Source: an uncultured Candidatus Rokubacteria bacterium (GTDB lineage Bacteria; Methylomirabilota; Methylomirabilia; Rokubacteriales; CSP1-6). From it: DNA of 64,000 nt. A program made the translations under genes and the position numbers. The notes under the pieces are model-generated. The model was not told where the DNA came from. It searched no databases and was given only the letters and a program-made list of their open reading frames with translations. Positions 18,736 through 29,611 of this stretch are shown piece by piece (the first letter of the stretch is position 1; each line of letters opens with the position of its first letter). The stretch is taken from assembly GCA_963758635.1 (NCBI GenBank), contig CAVWWD010000004.1:192001-256000 (forward strand), in the 5' to 3' direction.

Positions 18736-19223
18736 CGATCACCCCCGTGAACGTCCTCGTGAGGGCGCTGTCCGCGGCGGATCACGGCGAGGTCCACGAG
18801 ATCCTGCGCGCCTGCGGGGTCTTCACCGAGGAGGAGGTCCGCATCGCGCTCGAGATGGCCGGCGCCCCCGACGACTACCCAGGCTTTGCCGCGGAGGTGG
18901 CGGGGAAGGTGCGGGGCTTCGTCTGCATCGGCCGGACGCCGTTGACCGCCACCACGTGGCACCTATACTGGATCGGCGTTCATCCCGAGGCGCAGGGCAC
19001 GGGGGTGGGGCGGGCGCTCCAGGCGCACGCGGAGGGCGTCCTCCTGGAGCAGGGCGGTGAGCGTCTCGTGCTGGAAACGAGCGGCCGGCCCGACTACGCG
19101 CGCGCGCGCCGCTTCTACGAGGAGGCCGGTTACGTGGCGGTCGGCCGCATCGAGGACTTCTACAAGCCCGGGGATCCGTGCGTCATCTTCTGCAAGACGC
19201 TGGCCCGGCACCGGAGGTCATGA
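18732..19223 (+). CDS. GNAT family N-acetyltransferase
   Basis: LYWIGVHPEAQGTGVGRAL motif A; FYEEAGY; GTGA overlap with upstream gene. Confidence 0.9.
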   Translation: MTITPVNVLVRALSAADHGEVHEILRACGVFTEEEVRIALEMAGAPDDYPGFAAEVAGKVRGFVCIGRTPLTATTWHLYWIGVHPEAQGTGVGRALQAHAEGVLLEQGGERLVLETSGRPDYARARRFYEEAGYVAVGRIEDFYKPGDPCVIFCKTLARHRRS

Positions 19224-19226
19224 CAC

Positions 19227-19565
19227 ATGCCCCAGCACGATGTCGAGGTCACGGACCGGAACGGCGGGACGGCCACCATCGAGGTGTCGGTGCCCTTCGT
19301 CGGCGAACCCACGTGGCGGGTCACGCAGCATCGCTTCCTTCGCCTGCAGAGCGGCGTGGCGGACCGGGGCGGGGACGCCTCCGGCGAATGGCTCTCGCTC
19401 TACGGAGCGAAGTCCTACGACGACCATCTCCTGGTCCTCCATCTCGACGCCTTCTTCGACGGGGAGCGGGTGAATGGCGCGGGCGGGGGCACGCTCTACG
19501 AGCACGACAACCTCCTCCTGGTGCCCGGTCCGCTGAGCTGGAGGCTGGTCGGGTCGAGGCCCTGA
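19227..19565 (+). CDS. Hypothetical protein
   Basis: GGAGG upstream, GC3-biased codons, follows GNAT gene. Confidence 0.6.
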   Translation: MPQHDVEVTDRNGGTATIEVSVPFVGEPTWRVTQHRFLRLQSGVADRGGDASGEWLSLYGAKSYDDHLLVLHLDAFFDGERVNGAGGGTLYEHDNLLLVPGPLSWRLVGSRP

Positions 19566-19599
19566 GCGGCGGACGGGGGCCCGAGCCGCGCGCGGCCGA

Positions 19600-21205
19600 T
19601 CACCAGGGCCGGCCCTGACCGGCCGAGTCGATGATGCCCAGCAGCACCCGGAGGTCCGCCGGCTTCACCACGTGGTGATCGAACCCGGCTTCGCGCGTCC
19701 GGCGGCGATCCTCGGCGAAGCCGTAGCCGGTGAGCGCCACCAGCGTGGGCCGTGCGCCCGGGAGCGCGCGCACGCGCCGCGCGACCTCGTAGCCGTCGAG
19801 GCCGGGCAGGCCCAGGTCCACGACGATCACGTCCGGACTCCAGTTCTTCGCGACGTCGAGGCCGGTGGCCCCGTCGGCGGCATCCCGCACCTCGTGGCCG
19901 ACGGACGAGAGCAGGAGCCCCAGCATCTCGCGGGAGTCCCGCTCGTCCTCGACGAGGAGGACCCGCCGCGACTGTCGCGCGCGCTGCGGCTCTCCCGTCT
20001 CCCGCTCCGCGTCGTCCGCCCGGACCCCGAAGGGCGACGCCAGCGCCGGCATCCGCGCCGTGAAGAGCGCGCCCTGGCCGACGCCCGCGCTCGCCGCGGT
20101 GATCGTGCCCTTGTGCAGCTCCAGGAGCTGCTGGACCAGGCGCAGTCCGAGTCCCAGGCCCCCCTGGGCCCGATCGATCCCACGCTCGCCCTGGACGAAG
20201 AGCTCGAAGACGTGGGGCAGCAGCTCGGGGGCGATGCCCGAGCCCGTGTCGCCCACGGAGAAGACGGCTTCGCCCGCCATCCTGCCGGACCTCCACCGTG
20301 ATCTGCCCGGTGCTCGGGGTGTGCTTGACGGCGTTGTCGAGGAGGTTGCTCCACACTTGCTCGAGCCGTGTCTCGTCCCCGAGGACCCACACGTCGTCGA
20401 CCAGCGTGACGAGGCCCGGCGATTTCGGCGCGGCGGCGAGGAGCGTGGCGATGGCCCGCCGTGCCACCACCGCCAGGTTGACCGGCGCCAGCTCGAGCAC
20501 GATCTTGCCGCTGGTCACCCGGGCGATGTCGAGCAGGTCGTCGACCATCCGGCCCAGGTGCCGCGCCTGGCGGTTGATGACCTGACGCGCGCCGGCGGCC
20601 GGCGACGCGGGCAGGCTCGGCAGCTCGAGGAGCGCCACGGCGTTCAGGATGGCGCTGAGCGGGTTCCGGAGCTCGTGACTGAGCATGGCGAGGAAGCGGT
20701 CCTTCGCCTGGTTGGCGGTCTCCGCGTCGGCGCGCGCCGACTGCTCCGCCTCGAGGAGCTGGGCGAGCCGCTCCTCCACGCGCCGGCGCTCCGTGATGTC
20801 GCGGGCGATCTTCGACGCGCCGATGATCTCGCCCGAGCTGTCGCGCAGCGGCGACAGCGTGACCGAGATGTTGATCTCCTGGCCGTCAGCCCGGACGCGC
20901 ACCGTCTCGTAGTGCTGGATGCGCTCGCCGCGAGCCAGGCGGTTGAGGAAGTCCTGCTCCTCCTGGAGACGGTCGGTCGGGAAGAGCTTGGTGATGGGCT
21001 GGCCGATCATCTCGTCGGCCGTGTAGCCGAAGACCCGTTCCGCCCCGGCGTTCCACGACGTCACGATGCCCGTCAGGGTCTTGGTGACGATGGCGTCGTC
21101 CGAGCCCTCGACGAGGCTTCTCAGGAGGGCGCCCCATCGCTCCTCGATGGGAGTGCCCGTGGGCCCGGCGTCGGAGGCGCGGGGGTTCCGTCTACGCTTG
21201 GCCAT
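19600..21205 (-). CDS. Cytoplasmic PAS hybrid histidine kinase/response regulator (frameshift near 20280)
   Basis: PAS/PAC (SDDAIVTKT, WNAGAE, SKIARDITE), SHELRNPL, NLLDNAVK, DTGSGI, GLGLGL, REC domain. Confidence 0.92.
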
Positions 21206-21619
21206 GGCGAGGCTCCGCTCCAGTCTAGCTGACGGCCCCCGGCAGCCGGCCGACGATCGCCCTCAGGCTCGGCGCGAGGCTGCGCCCTGACGCCCGAATC
21301 GTCGGCCTGCGCGCGACTGTGCAAGAGCAGTACCGATAACGCTCGCCGTCGGAAACGTAGGCACCGTCGTGGCCGAGCCGGCGCCATGGGTTGCCAGATT
21401 ACCCAGTAGGATTTGCCGCATGGCACCGGCTCACACGGGTTTCCACGGACGGCTCCCCCGGTGGGGTCTCGTGCGAGTCCGAGGAAGGCGGAGGCCTGTT
21501 TCACCTACGGCGGGCCGGGCCAATGCCGCGCAACGCCAAGATGCCCGTGGCGAGCCGTCACCGGAGGTGGCCGCGCTACCGCCAGGGGCCGTCCTGTCGT
21601 GGTGGGAGGACTGCTGCGG

Positions 21620-21811
21620 TCAGTAGGCGGCGCGCCTTTTCAGCGCGCGGCCAGACAGCATCGTCGTCTTACCGCTGTAGCCGGCGCCGGTGTTCCACTC
21701 CACCTTCACGTGATCCTCGCGCATCAGGGCGACCACCGTTCCGACGGTGTCCGTGGGCGAGTCGCGAAGCTCTACCGTGTCGCCAACGACGAAGCCGTGC
21801 GGGGTTGTCAT
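21620..21811 (-). CDS. Small hypothetical protein (63 aa, possibly SH3/KOW-like beta barrel)
   Basis: FVVGDTVELR...GTVV...VKVEW pattern. Confidence 0.45.
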   Translation of the reverse strand: MTTPHGFVVGDTVELRDSPTDTVGTVVALMREDHVKVEWNTGAGYSGKTTMLSGRALKRRAAY

Positions 21812-22253
21812 GGGCCACAGTTTACGCAATATCGCGGGCAGACGTAGGCCGGTCTCGAGACCGCGATCGGCAGGTGCGACTGAGTGTTCATCGCGCGCAG
21901 CGGGCGGATCGACGTGGAAGAGCGGCGCGCACCGCTGGGGACCCGCCGTCACCGGACGCGACCGACGTGGGTCCCCTGGGGACGATCGGTGCGGCTCGTG
22001 GGGAATCTTCGATTGCCTCCCCGGCGACGGTCGCGTGGATCGCCGAACCCGACGTGAGACGTCGGGAACCTTTACATCTCTGGTTCTGGGCTGGCCGGCA
22101 TTGACGCCAAGCCATTGACTTCATGTGCAATGGGACTGTGGAACGACACTTGCGTAGTAGGCCCCCGTGGCTCTCTGATCTAAATGTGTCCCACGGGTTA
22201 CCTCGGAGGCTGACATGCTGAGAGCTGTCGTCGCGGTCGGGGTGGGAGGATTC

Positions 22254-22920
22254 ATGAGATCCGCAATCGGGCGTGCCGTCGCGAAGTTGTCACGAAATTC
22301 GCTCCTGGCCCTCGGGCTGCTGGTCGTCGGAACGTCTCCTGCGAGTGCGGCCACCATCTTCACTGCCGACATGGACAACACGCAGGAGGTCGCTCCCGGC
22401 TTGCCCGGTACCACCACGGGGACTGCACAGGTCGATCTCCAGCTGAACGACCTCGGCGGTGGGAACTTCTCCCTGACCATGCAGCTCCTGTTCTCGAGCG
22501 ACTTCAACTTCAGTGAACTTTGGCGGCCCCGACACCGGCGCCGAGGTGGTCAGCAATCTCCACGTCCACAACCAGGCGCGTGGCGCCGCCGGAAGCGTCG
22601 TGTGGGGCATCTTCGCTCCGGACCACGACGTGGACAACGACAGCGTGCTCACGAGCAATCCCGATGGGACGACACTCATCACCAGCGAGTGGGACCTGAC
22701 CGAGGGCAACGGGCCGATCACGCTCGCGAACTTCCTCGCCGAGCTGCAGGCCGCGACGCCGGGCTCGGACGTCGCTCTCTACCTGAACGTCCACACCTCG
22801 GACGCCCCCGGCGGTGCGATCCGCGGGCAGTTCGTCGCCGCCGTGCCCGGGCCAGCGTCGGGCGCGCTGCTCGCGCTCGGTATCGCCCTGCTCGTCGTGA
22901 GGACTCGCCGCCGCGGCTGA
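22254..22920 (+). CDS. CHRD-domain PEP-CTERM-type exported protein (frameshift near 22515)
   Basis: GGAGGA RBS, signal peptide, QEV-P..GTA, LHVH, LYLNVHT..PGGAIRGQ, C-terminal VPGPAS + TM + RTRRR. Confidence 0.82.
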
Positions 22921-22929
22921 GCCGGACCA

Positions 22930-23165
22930 GCCGTCTGCCCTTCGCGCAGAAGCGCCTGCGGTGGCGGCGCGACGGGCGCGTCGCACTCGAGCTGGAAGCG
23001 GCGGGGCACGACGGCACGCGGGAGCTCGTGTTCGAGCCGCTGGAATTCCTGGAACGGTTTGGCGGCCATGACCCGCGGGCCCGAAATCAATCTGCTCATC
23101 TGCCACGGCGCGCTGGCCCGCTCGCGCCACCGGGCGCGAGCGGGGATCGCCTACGGCTGCGTGTG
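22930..23165 (+). mobile_element. IS91-family transposase fragment (degenerate)
   Basis: RLR..DGRVALEL...DGTRELVFEPLEFLER, then shifted AAMT..PEINLLICHG, typical of the Y2 transposase C-terminal region. Confidence 0.72.
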
Positions 23166-23321
23166 CATCTCAGCCGTTCACCGTCCATGAAACCGGGGTA
23201 ACTCCAGGGGCGGCCCTGTCCTTCGCCGCGCGGGTGGCGGCGAGCCGGCTCGCCGCAGCCGGTTTGGTAGCCGCCGGCCGGATGCTGAATCCCTAGCAGC
23301 CATAGGAAGACGCGGGGGTTC

Positions 23322-25094
23322 TTGGTCGTGCTATCGAACCATGCCGCCGTCCCGCGGCGCGGCCAGTTCAGGGTTGCGCTGCTTCTGCTCGCGCTTCTCA
23401 CGCCCGGCGCGGAGGCTGCGGCTCCCCGACAGGTGCTGCTGTTTCACTCGTTTGGGCCCGATTTACCGCCGTTCAGCGCATTCGCCTCGGCATTTCGCAC
23501 CGAGCTCGCCCGGCTCGTCCCCGAGCGGGTCGTGTTCCAGGAGGTGTCACTCAACGCCGAGCAGACGGGACCACCCGAGGACGAGCGGCCGTTCGTCGAG
23601 TTTCTCCGGGCACGTTACGGGAGCTCGCCGCCAGAGTTGATCGTCACGCTCGGCGCGCCCGCCACGCATGTCTATCTGCGCCACCGGGAGCGGCTGTTTC
23701 GGGACGTCCCGCTCCTCGTCACTGCCGTCGAGCAGCGGCTCGGGCGCCGTATGGACCTCGGCGCCGGGGATTTTCTGGTGGGCGTGAGGACCGACATTTT
23801 ACGCATCGTCGAGAGCATCCTCCACGTCCTGCCCGACACCAGGACGCTCGGCATCATCATGGGCTCCTCGCCGCTCGAGCGTTTCTGGCTGAAGCAGCAG
23901 CAGAGCGACCTGGCGCCATTGGCGAATCGCGTCACCCTGCTCTGGCTCGACGGCCTCACGCTGGAGCAGCTGCGGGAGCGCGTGGCCGCGCTCCCGCCGC
24001 ATTCCGCCCTGCTGTACAGTTGGTTCATCGCGGATGCCAGCGGTGTGCCCTACGAAAACGAGCAGGCGTTGTCGGCCTTGCGGACCGTGACGAAGGCGCC
24101 GATCTTCGGCACGTTCGAAAGCCAGCTCGGCGAAGGCGTGGTCGGCGGCCCGCACGTCCCCGTGCGCACGCAGGCCCTCCTCGCGGCGCAGCACGCTCGC
24201 CGCATGCTCGCGGGAGGCGCGGCGGCCGGTGAGCGTCGCGCCTTCCTCGACATGAGCGCGCCCGTCTTCGATTGGCGGGAGCTCGAACGCTGGGGTATTC
24301 CTGAGGCGCGACTGCCGGCCGGCGCCGAGGTGCGCTTCCGAGCGCCGTCCCTGTGGGAGCAGCACCGAATGCTGATCGTGGCAGGGACCGCGATCGTCCT
24401 GTTGCAGGCCGCCTTCATCACCGCGCTCGTCGTCCAGCGCGCGCGGCGGCGGCGCGCCGAGGACGACGCGGTGGACCTCAGCGGCCGGCTGCTGACCGCG
24501 CACGAGGACGAACGCCGGCACCTTGCGCGCGAGCTGCACGACGACCTCACCCAGCGGCTCGCGCGCCTCGCCATCGACGCGGGCCGGCTGGAGCAAGGCG
24601 ACGGCGGGGACCGCCGCATCGTGGCGACCATGCGCGGTGACCTGGTGCAGTTGAGCGAGGACGTGCACGCGCTGTCGTACCGGCTGCACCCCTCGATGCT
24701 CTACGACCTCGGCCTGGTCGAGGCGCTCAGGGCGGAGGGCGATCGCGTCGCGCGTCGGGGCGCGCTGCAGGTGGAGGTGGACGCTCGCGGCGTACCGGAG
24801 GCACTGCCCGTCGACGTGTCGCTCTGCCTGTTCCGTGTGGCGCAGGAGGCGCTGAGCAACGCCACGCGCCACGGCGGTGCGAGCACCGTGACCGTGCTCC
24901 TGTCGTCGAACGGCAGGGGTCTGCAGCTCGCCGTCAGGGACAACGGCAGGGGCTTCGACCCGGCGAGGTTGCGTGACCGCGCGAGCCTTGGCCTTGCCAG
25001 CATGCGCGAGCGGGTGCGCCTCGTGAATGGCCAACTCCACATCGAGAGCACGCCCGGGACGGGCACATCCGTGATCGTCTGGGTGCCCGCGTGA
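23322..25094 (+). CDS. Membrane sensor histidine kinase (HisKA_3/NarX type) with large periplasmic ABC-binding-like domain
   Basis: Signal region, TM, EDERRHLARELHDDLTQ, QEALSNA.RH, DNGRGF, LGLASMRER. Confidence 0.92.
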   Translation: MVVLSNHAAVPRRGQFRVALLLLALLTPGAEAAAPRQVLLFHSFGPDLPPFSAFASAFRTELARLVPERVVFQEVSLNAEQTGPPEDERPFVEFLRARYGSSPPELIVTLGAPATHVYLRHRERLFRDVPLLVTAVEQRLGRRMDLGAGDFLVGVRTDILRIVESILHVLPDTRTLGIIMGSSPLERFWLKQQQSDLAPLANRVTLLWLDGLTLEQLRERVAALPPHSALLYSWFIADASGVPYENEQALSALRTVTKAPIFGTFESQLGEGVVGGPHVPVRTQALLAAQHARRMLAGGAAAGERRAFLDMSAPVFDWRELERWGIPEARLPAGAEVRFRAPSLWEQHRMLIVAGTAIVLLQAAFITALVVQRARRRRAEDDAVDLSGRLLTAHEDERRHLARELHDDLTQRLARLAIDAGRLEQGDGGDRRIVATMRGDLVQLSEDVHALSYRLHPSMLYDLGLVEALRAEGDRVARRGALQVEVDARGVPEALPVDVSLCLFRVAQEALSNATRHGGASTVTVLLSSNGRGLQLAVRDNGRGFDPARLRDRASLGLASMRERVRLVNGQLHIESTPGTGTSVIVWVPA

Positions 25095-25735
25095 GCAAGA
25101 GCAAGCCCCGCGTCCTACTCGCCGACGACCACCGCATCGTCGCCGAAGGCCTCAAGGGCCTGCTGGCGGAGGAGTTCGAGCTGGTCGGCATGGTCGAGGA
25201 CGGCCGGGCCCTGGTCAAGGCGGCGCGCGAGCTGCGCCCCGACGTGATCGTGGCCGACATTTCGATGCCGCATGTGAACGGCATCGAGGCGCTGGCACTG
25301 CTGAAACGAGAGAATCCGAAGGTGCGGGTCGTGTTCCTGACGATGCACCGGGACGCGGCCTATGCGCGGCGCGCGCTCGCCGCCGGCGCGGCCGGTTTTG
25401 TGCTGAAGCACTCGGCGCCCGCCGAGCTGATACTGGCGTTGCGCGCGGCGCTGCAGGGGCGCACCTTCATCACACCCGACCTGGCCGCGGAGCTGGTGCG
25501 CACGGCCGGGCGGGATGCGAAAGGACACGCGGATCCGGTCGAGACGATCACGCCGCGGCAGCGGGAGATCCTGGAGCTGCTCGCGGAGGGCAAGTCGGCC
25601 AAGGAGATCGCTTCGGCGCTCGGCCTGTCGGCCCGCACCGTCGAAGACCACAAGTACCGGCTGATGGAGTCGCTCGGCATCGACACCACCGCTGCACTGA
25701 TCCGGTTCGCGATCCGGCACGGCCTGGTCCCGTAG
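25091..25735 (+). CDS. NarL/LuxR-family response regulator
   Basis: LLADDH, ADISMP, TPRQREILELLAEGKSAKEIA HTH. Confidence 0.95.
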   Translation: MSKSKPRVLLADDHRIVAEGLKGLLAEEFELVGMVEDGRALVKAARELRPDVIVADISMPHVNGIEALALLKRENPKVRVVFLTMHRDAAYARRALAAGAAGFVLKHSAPAELILALRAALQGRTFITPDLAAELVRTAGRDAKGHADPVETITPRQREILELLAEGKSAKEIASALGLSARTVEDHKYRLMESLGIDTTAALIRFAIRHGLVP

Positions 25736-25801
25736 TTTCCTTCCTCTGAACCCGTAGATCTCCGGTTACAGCCGCGGCCGGCCGCGGCCTAGTCTGGTCG
25801 C

Positions 25802-26200
25802 GTGACGGTCCAGACGGGACGCTGCGTTCTACTGGCAGACCGGCATCACGGTCTGCGCGACAGTGTTCGGGGGCTGCTCGAAACGGTTTTCGAGACGGTC
25901 TTCATGGTCGCGGACGAAGCGTCCCTGCTGGAGGGGGCCGGCCGGCTGACGCCCGCCGTCGTGGTCCTCGACCTGTCGCTGTCTGCCGGCGATCTGCGCG
26001 GCCTTCTGGCCCGCGTCCGCGCGCGCGCGCCGGGTTCGAAGGTGTTGCTGCTGTCCGTGCACGACGAACCGACGGTGGCCGATAGCGCTCTGAGCGCCGG
26101 CGCCGACGCCGTCGTCCTCAAGCGCAGCCTCGTCACCGATCTCATGCCCGCGGTGGACGCCCTGCTGGCAGGAGGGCGCTATCGCTCACCCGGCATGTGA
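25802..26200 (+). CDS. Stand-alone receiver domain protein
   Basis: VLLADRH, VVLDLSL, LLSVHDE, GADAVVLK. Confidence 0.8.
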   Translation: MTVQTGRCVLLADRHHGLRDSVRGLLETVFETVFMVADEASLLEGAGRLTPAVVVLDLSLSAGDLRGLLARVRARAPGSKVLLLSVHDEPTVADSALSAGADAVVLKRSLVTDLMPAVDALLAGGRYRSPGM

Positions 26201-26354
26201 GCGAGGACGTGAGCCTGTGACCGAGACGCGAGCAGAAGCCGACCGGGCGCGGCGACTCCTCAGGGAGGAAAAGGAGGGTCAGGAGCAGACGGCACGCGGC
26301 GGCTCGAGGGCGGGGATCACCCGATCTGAACAGGCAAGGAGGGAACAAAAGTCC

Positions 26355-27207
26355 ATGGGATCAAACACCAAGGCGTGGCACCGGGCATTCTGGATCGCAG
26401 GCACAGCCGCCCTCTTGCTGGCCGCTGGCCTCGCGTACGCGCAACAGCCCGCACCCGGCAAGCGGGCGCCGGCCGCAGCCGCAGTGACCGAGTCGCAGGC
26501 GCAGGCACGGGCCATTCTGATGCGCATGGCGGACTTCCTCGGAGGAGCACAGCGCTTCAGCGTTCAGCGTGCGCGGGGGCTACGACGCGGTACAGCAGTC
26601 CGGGCAGAAGATCGAGTTCTGCGAGATGCGCAAGGTCACGCTGAGTCGGCCTGACCGACTGCGCATGGAAGGCGAGCGCAGCGACGGGGCGAAGACGCTG
26701 ACCGTGTTCACCGGCAAGGAGATCGTGCTGATCGACGAGACGAGCAACGTCTATGCGACGACGCCACAGCCTGGCGGCTTGGACGACACGATCGTCTATT
26801 TCGTCAGGGATCTCGGGATGCGGCTGCCGCTCGCCGCGCTCCTTCGTGAGCCAGCTGCCTGCCGAGCTGAACGACCGCGTGCGGTCGATCGACTACGTCG
26901 AGAGGACGAGCATCCACGGGGCCCCCGCCCATCATCTCGCCGCGCGCACCGACATGGTGGATTTCCAGGTCTGGGTGGCCGACGGCGACACGCCGCTGCC
27001 GCTGCGTGTCGTGATCACCTACAGGCAGGCCAAGGGTGAGCCGCAGTTCTGGGCGCAGTTCTCCGACTGGAATCTCGCGCCCGCGGTCGAGGATTCGATG
27101 TTTCTGGCGAAGCCGCCGGACGGGGCGCAGAAGGTCGCGTTCGCGGCGCAGCTTCCGCGCGTATCGGCGGCGGCGGCAAGCCATCCGGGGATAAAGGAGC
27201 CAAGTGA
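26355..27207 (+). CDS. DUF2092 family periplasmic protein (frameshifted)
   Basis: Signal peptide; ILMRMADFL..AQRFSV, GQKIEF, RPDRLR, HHLAAR..VDFQVWVADG..PLPLRVVITY, PQF. Confidence 0.8.
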
Positions 27208-28096
27208 TGAAGATCACGTCATGGCGTCGTGTCGGGACGGGACTCGTGGCGGGCGTGTTCATGCTGGGCCTCGTTAGCGAGGTGGATGCGCAGCGAGGGG
27301 GAGGGGGCGTGGCGGAGGCGGGGCGGAAAAGGAGGCGGTGGTGGTTCCGCGCAGGGCGGGGCGGGGGGCGGCTTCTCCCGTGGCGGCAGCGCTTCGGGCG
27401 GGGGATTTTCCTCCGGGTGGCGGGCAGCGCGGAGGCGGCGGCGGCAGCGCGGGGCGGCGCAGCGGGCAGCGCGGGGGCGGGGCAGCCGCGCAGGGCGGTG
27501 GCGGCCAGCGCGGGCGGTGGCGGGACAGCAGCAGGCGGCGGCGAGCGGCCGGCAAGGTCAGGCCAGCGCGGCGCAGTCGTCTGCGCAGCAAAGCCGGCAA
27601 AGCGCGCAGTCTTCCGGGCAAGCGGGCCGGCAGGAGTCCCAGGCCCAGCGCCAGGAGACATCGAGCGCAGAATCAGGCCCAGCGCCAGGATACGTCCAGC
27701 CAGAACCAGGCTCCCGGCAATCCACGGCGACGAGCATGCAGAGCACCCGACTCGTCGACCGTGACCAACGTCCAGAGCAACTATTCCGGGCGGTTGCTAC
27801 AACTGCTCGAACTGGGACAGCGGCGACGCGGCTGCCGGCTTCATGGCTGGGGCGATCGTCGGCGGTAGCGATGGTCGCCGCCGCGAGCCAGCCAACCACG
27901 ACGACGGTCGTCGCCGCGGCGCCCGCGCTCCGGCGGCCGCGGCGCCACCCGCACCGGTCGCCCCGCCGTGCAACGTCGCGCCGATTCCCGGTGAGCGGCG
28001 TGCCGTACTACAAGTGCGGCGCGACCTGGTACACGGCGGGCTATGCGAGTAGCGGGCGTGGTCTACATGCCAGTGCCACCGCCGCCCGGATATTAG
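27207..28096 (+). CDS. Exported Gly/Gln/Ser-rich low-complexity protein with C-terminal YYKCG.TWY motif (many frameshifts)
   Basis: Signal peptide ending AQRGG, G-rich then Q-rich repeats, TM-like AGAIVG, C-terminal GVPYYKCGATWY..Y..SGVVYMPVPPP. Confidence 0.6.
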
Positions 28097-29576
28097 ATGA
28101 AAAAGATCCTCGCGCTCGGTGTCGCGGCTGATCCTCGTCGTCGGCATCGCCTATGTCGCCTGGGGCAAGGTGCAGGAGGTTCTGGTGGCCCGGGCCGTTG
28201 ATGCACAAGCTGACGGAAGCGGGCCTGACGCCGGAGGCGCTCAAGAAGCTGGGGGCGGCCGGCTACCAGGCCGATCCAGCAGATCCTGGCGAAGATCGCC
28301 ACCGGCGGGCAGCCCCTGGGACGCTGGAAGGAAGGCCTGATGTTCGAGGGCATCGCGCCCATGCCGTGGCTCAAGAGCGCCGCCAACTGGTTCCCCGGCA
28401 CGGAGGAGGTCCAGCCCGACGAGATCCGCGTCACGTTCATGGGGAGCTCTCCGCTGCCCCGCCCTGGTCAGATGGGCACCTCCGTCTATGTCGAGCTGGG
28501 CAATGGCGACCGGTTCATCTTCGACATGGGGCCGGGCTCCATCGCCAACTACCTGGCCGCGCGGATTCCTCTGAACCAGATCAACGACATCTTCATCACC
28601 CACCTGCACTGGGACCACTTCGCCTCCGTGCCCTATGTCTACGTGTTCGGCGCGTGGGGCGGCCGCTGGCACGAGCCCCTCCGCCTCACCGGCCCGTCCG
28701 GGCGCACCGCGAAGCACGGGATCAAGCACATGGTCGAGCACATGAAGGAGATGCTGCACTGGCACCGGGAGAACTTCGGGACCTCTCCCATCGGAAAGGG
28801 CTTCGATATCGAGCTGAAGGAGTTCGACTTCAAGGACGACGGCGGCGTCGTCTATGAGAAGAACGGCGTCAAGATCTCGCACTGGCGGCAGTCCCACGTC
28901 ACCGACGGCGCCTCGGCCTACCGCCTGGACTGGAATGGGATGTGCGTCGCCTACACGGGCGACGGCCGGCCCAACTCGCTCACGGCCAAGTACGCCAAGG
29001 GCTGCGACCTCTTGATCACCGAGATCCAGCCCGAGGTGGTGGCCGTCACCGCGCAGGTGATGGGTGCGATGCCGTTCATCGCGCGGAACACGATCGACAT
29101 GGCTCACAACCCGGCGTACGCGGCGGGTCACCTCTACAACCAGGTGAAGCCGCGCCTGGCCATGGCCACCCACGTGTCCTACGACGAGTACGTGCTGCCG
29201 GAGCTCGTCGCCGAGGTGCGCACTCATTGGAACGGCCCGTTCGCGTTCGGCGCGCCGGACATGGTGGTGGTGAACATGACCAAGGACCGCATCTGGGTGC
29301 GCGACGGCGTGGTGTCGAAGTATCCCAACATGGCGTCGCCGCGGTTCGACATGGCCCCCCACGGCGGGCTGGTCATCCCCGCGCCGCAACAATCGACGCC
29401 AGGACGTCCAGGAGCAGTCCATCCGCGACGCGGAGATCCCTCCCGACCGGTACTACCCGAAGGGCTATCAGCCCGACACGTTGCCGTTCTGGCCGTCGGA
29501 CAAGCCGATCTTCCTCCCGGAGAACATGGTGCCCGACCAGATGAAGAAGAAGCCAAAGCAGCCGCAGTCGAACTAG
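28097..29576 (+). CDS. Exported MBL-fold metallo-hydrolase (RNase Z/arylsulfatase-like), frameshifted at both ends
   Basis: VTFMGS, FIFDMGPGS, THLHWDH, AYTGD, DLLITE, MATH motifs. Confidence 0.85.
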
Positions 29577-29611
29577 GCATGCAGATCACGACGGAAAGGG
29601 ACGGGGGAGCG

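Noticed and set aside
27290..27730. CRISPR-like or tandem DNA repeat array
   Set aside because: Low-complexity coding sequence for a Gly/Gln-rich protein; no fixed repeat-spacer period and no cas genes in the window
28340..29576. Beta-lactamase or toxin-biosynthesis gene
   Set aside because: Motifs fit the RNase Z/sulfatase-like MBL branch; no supporting cluster
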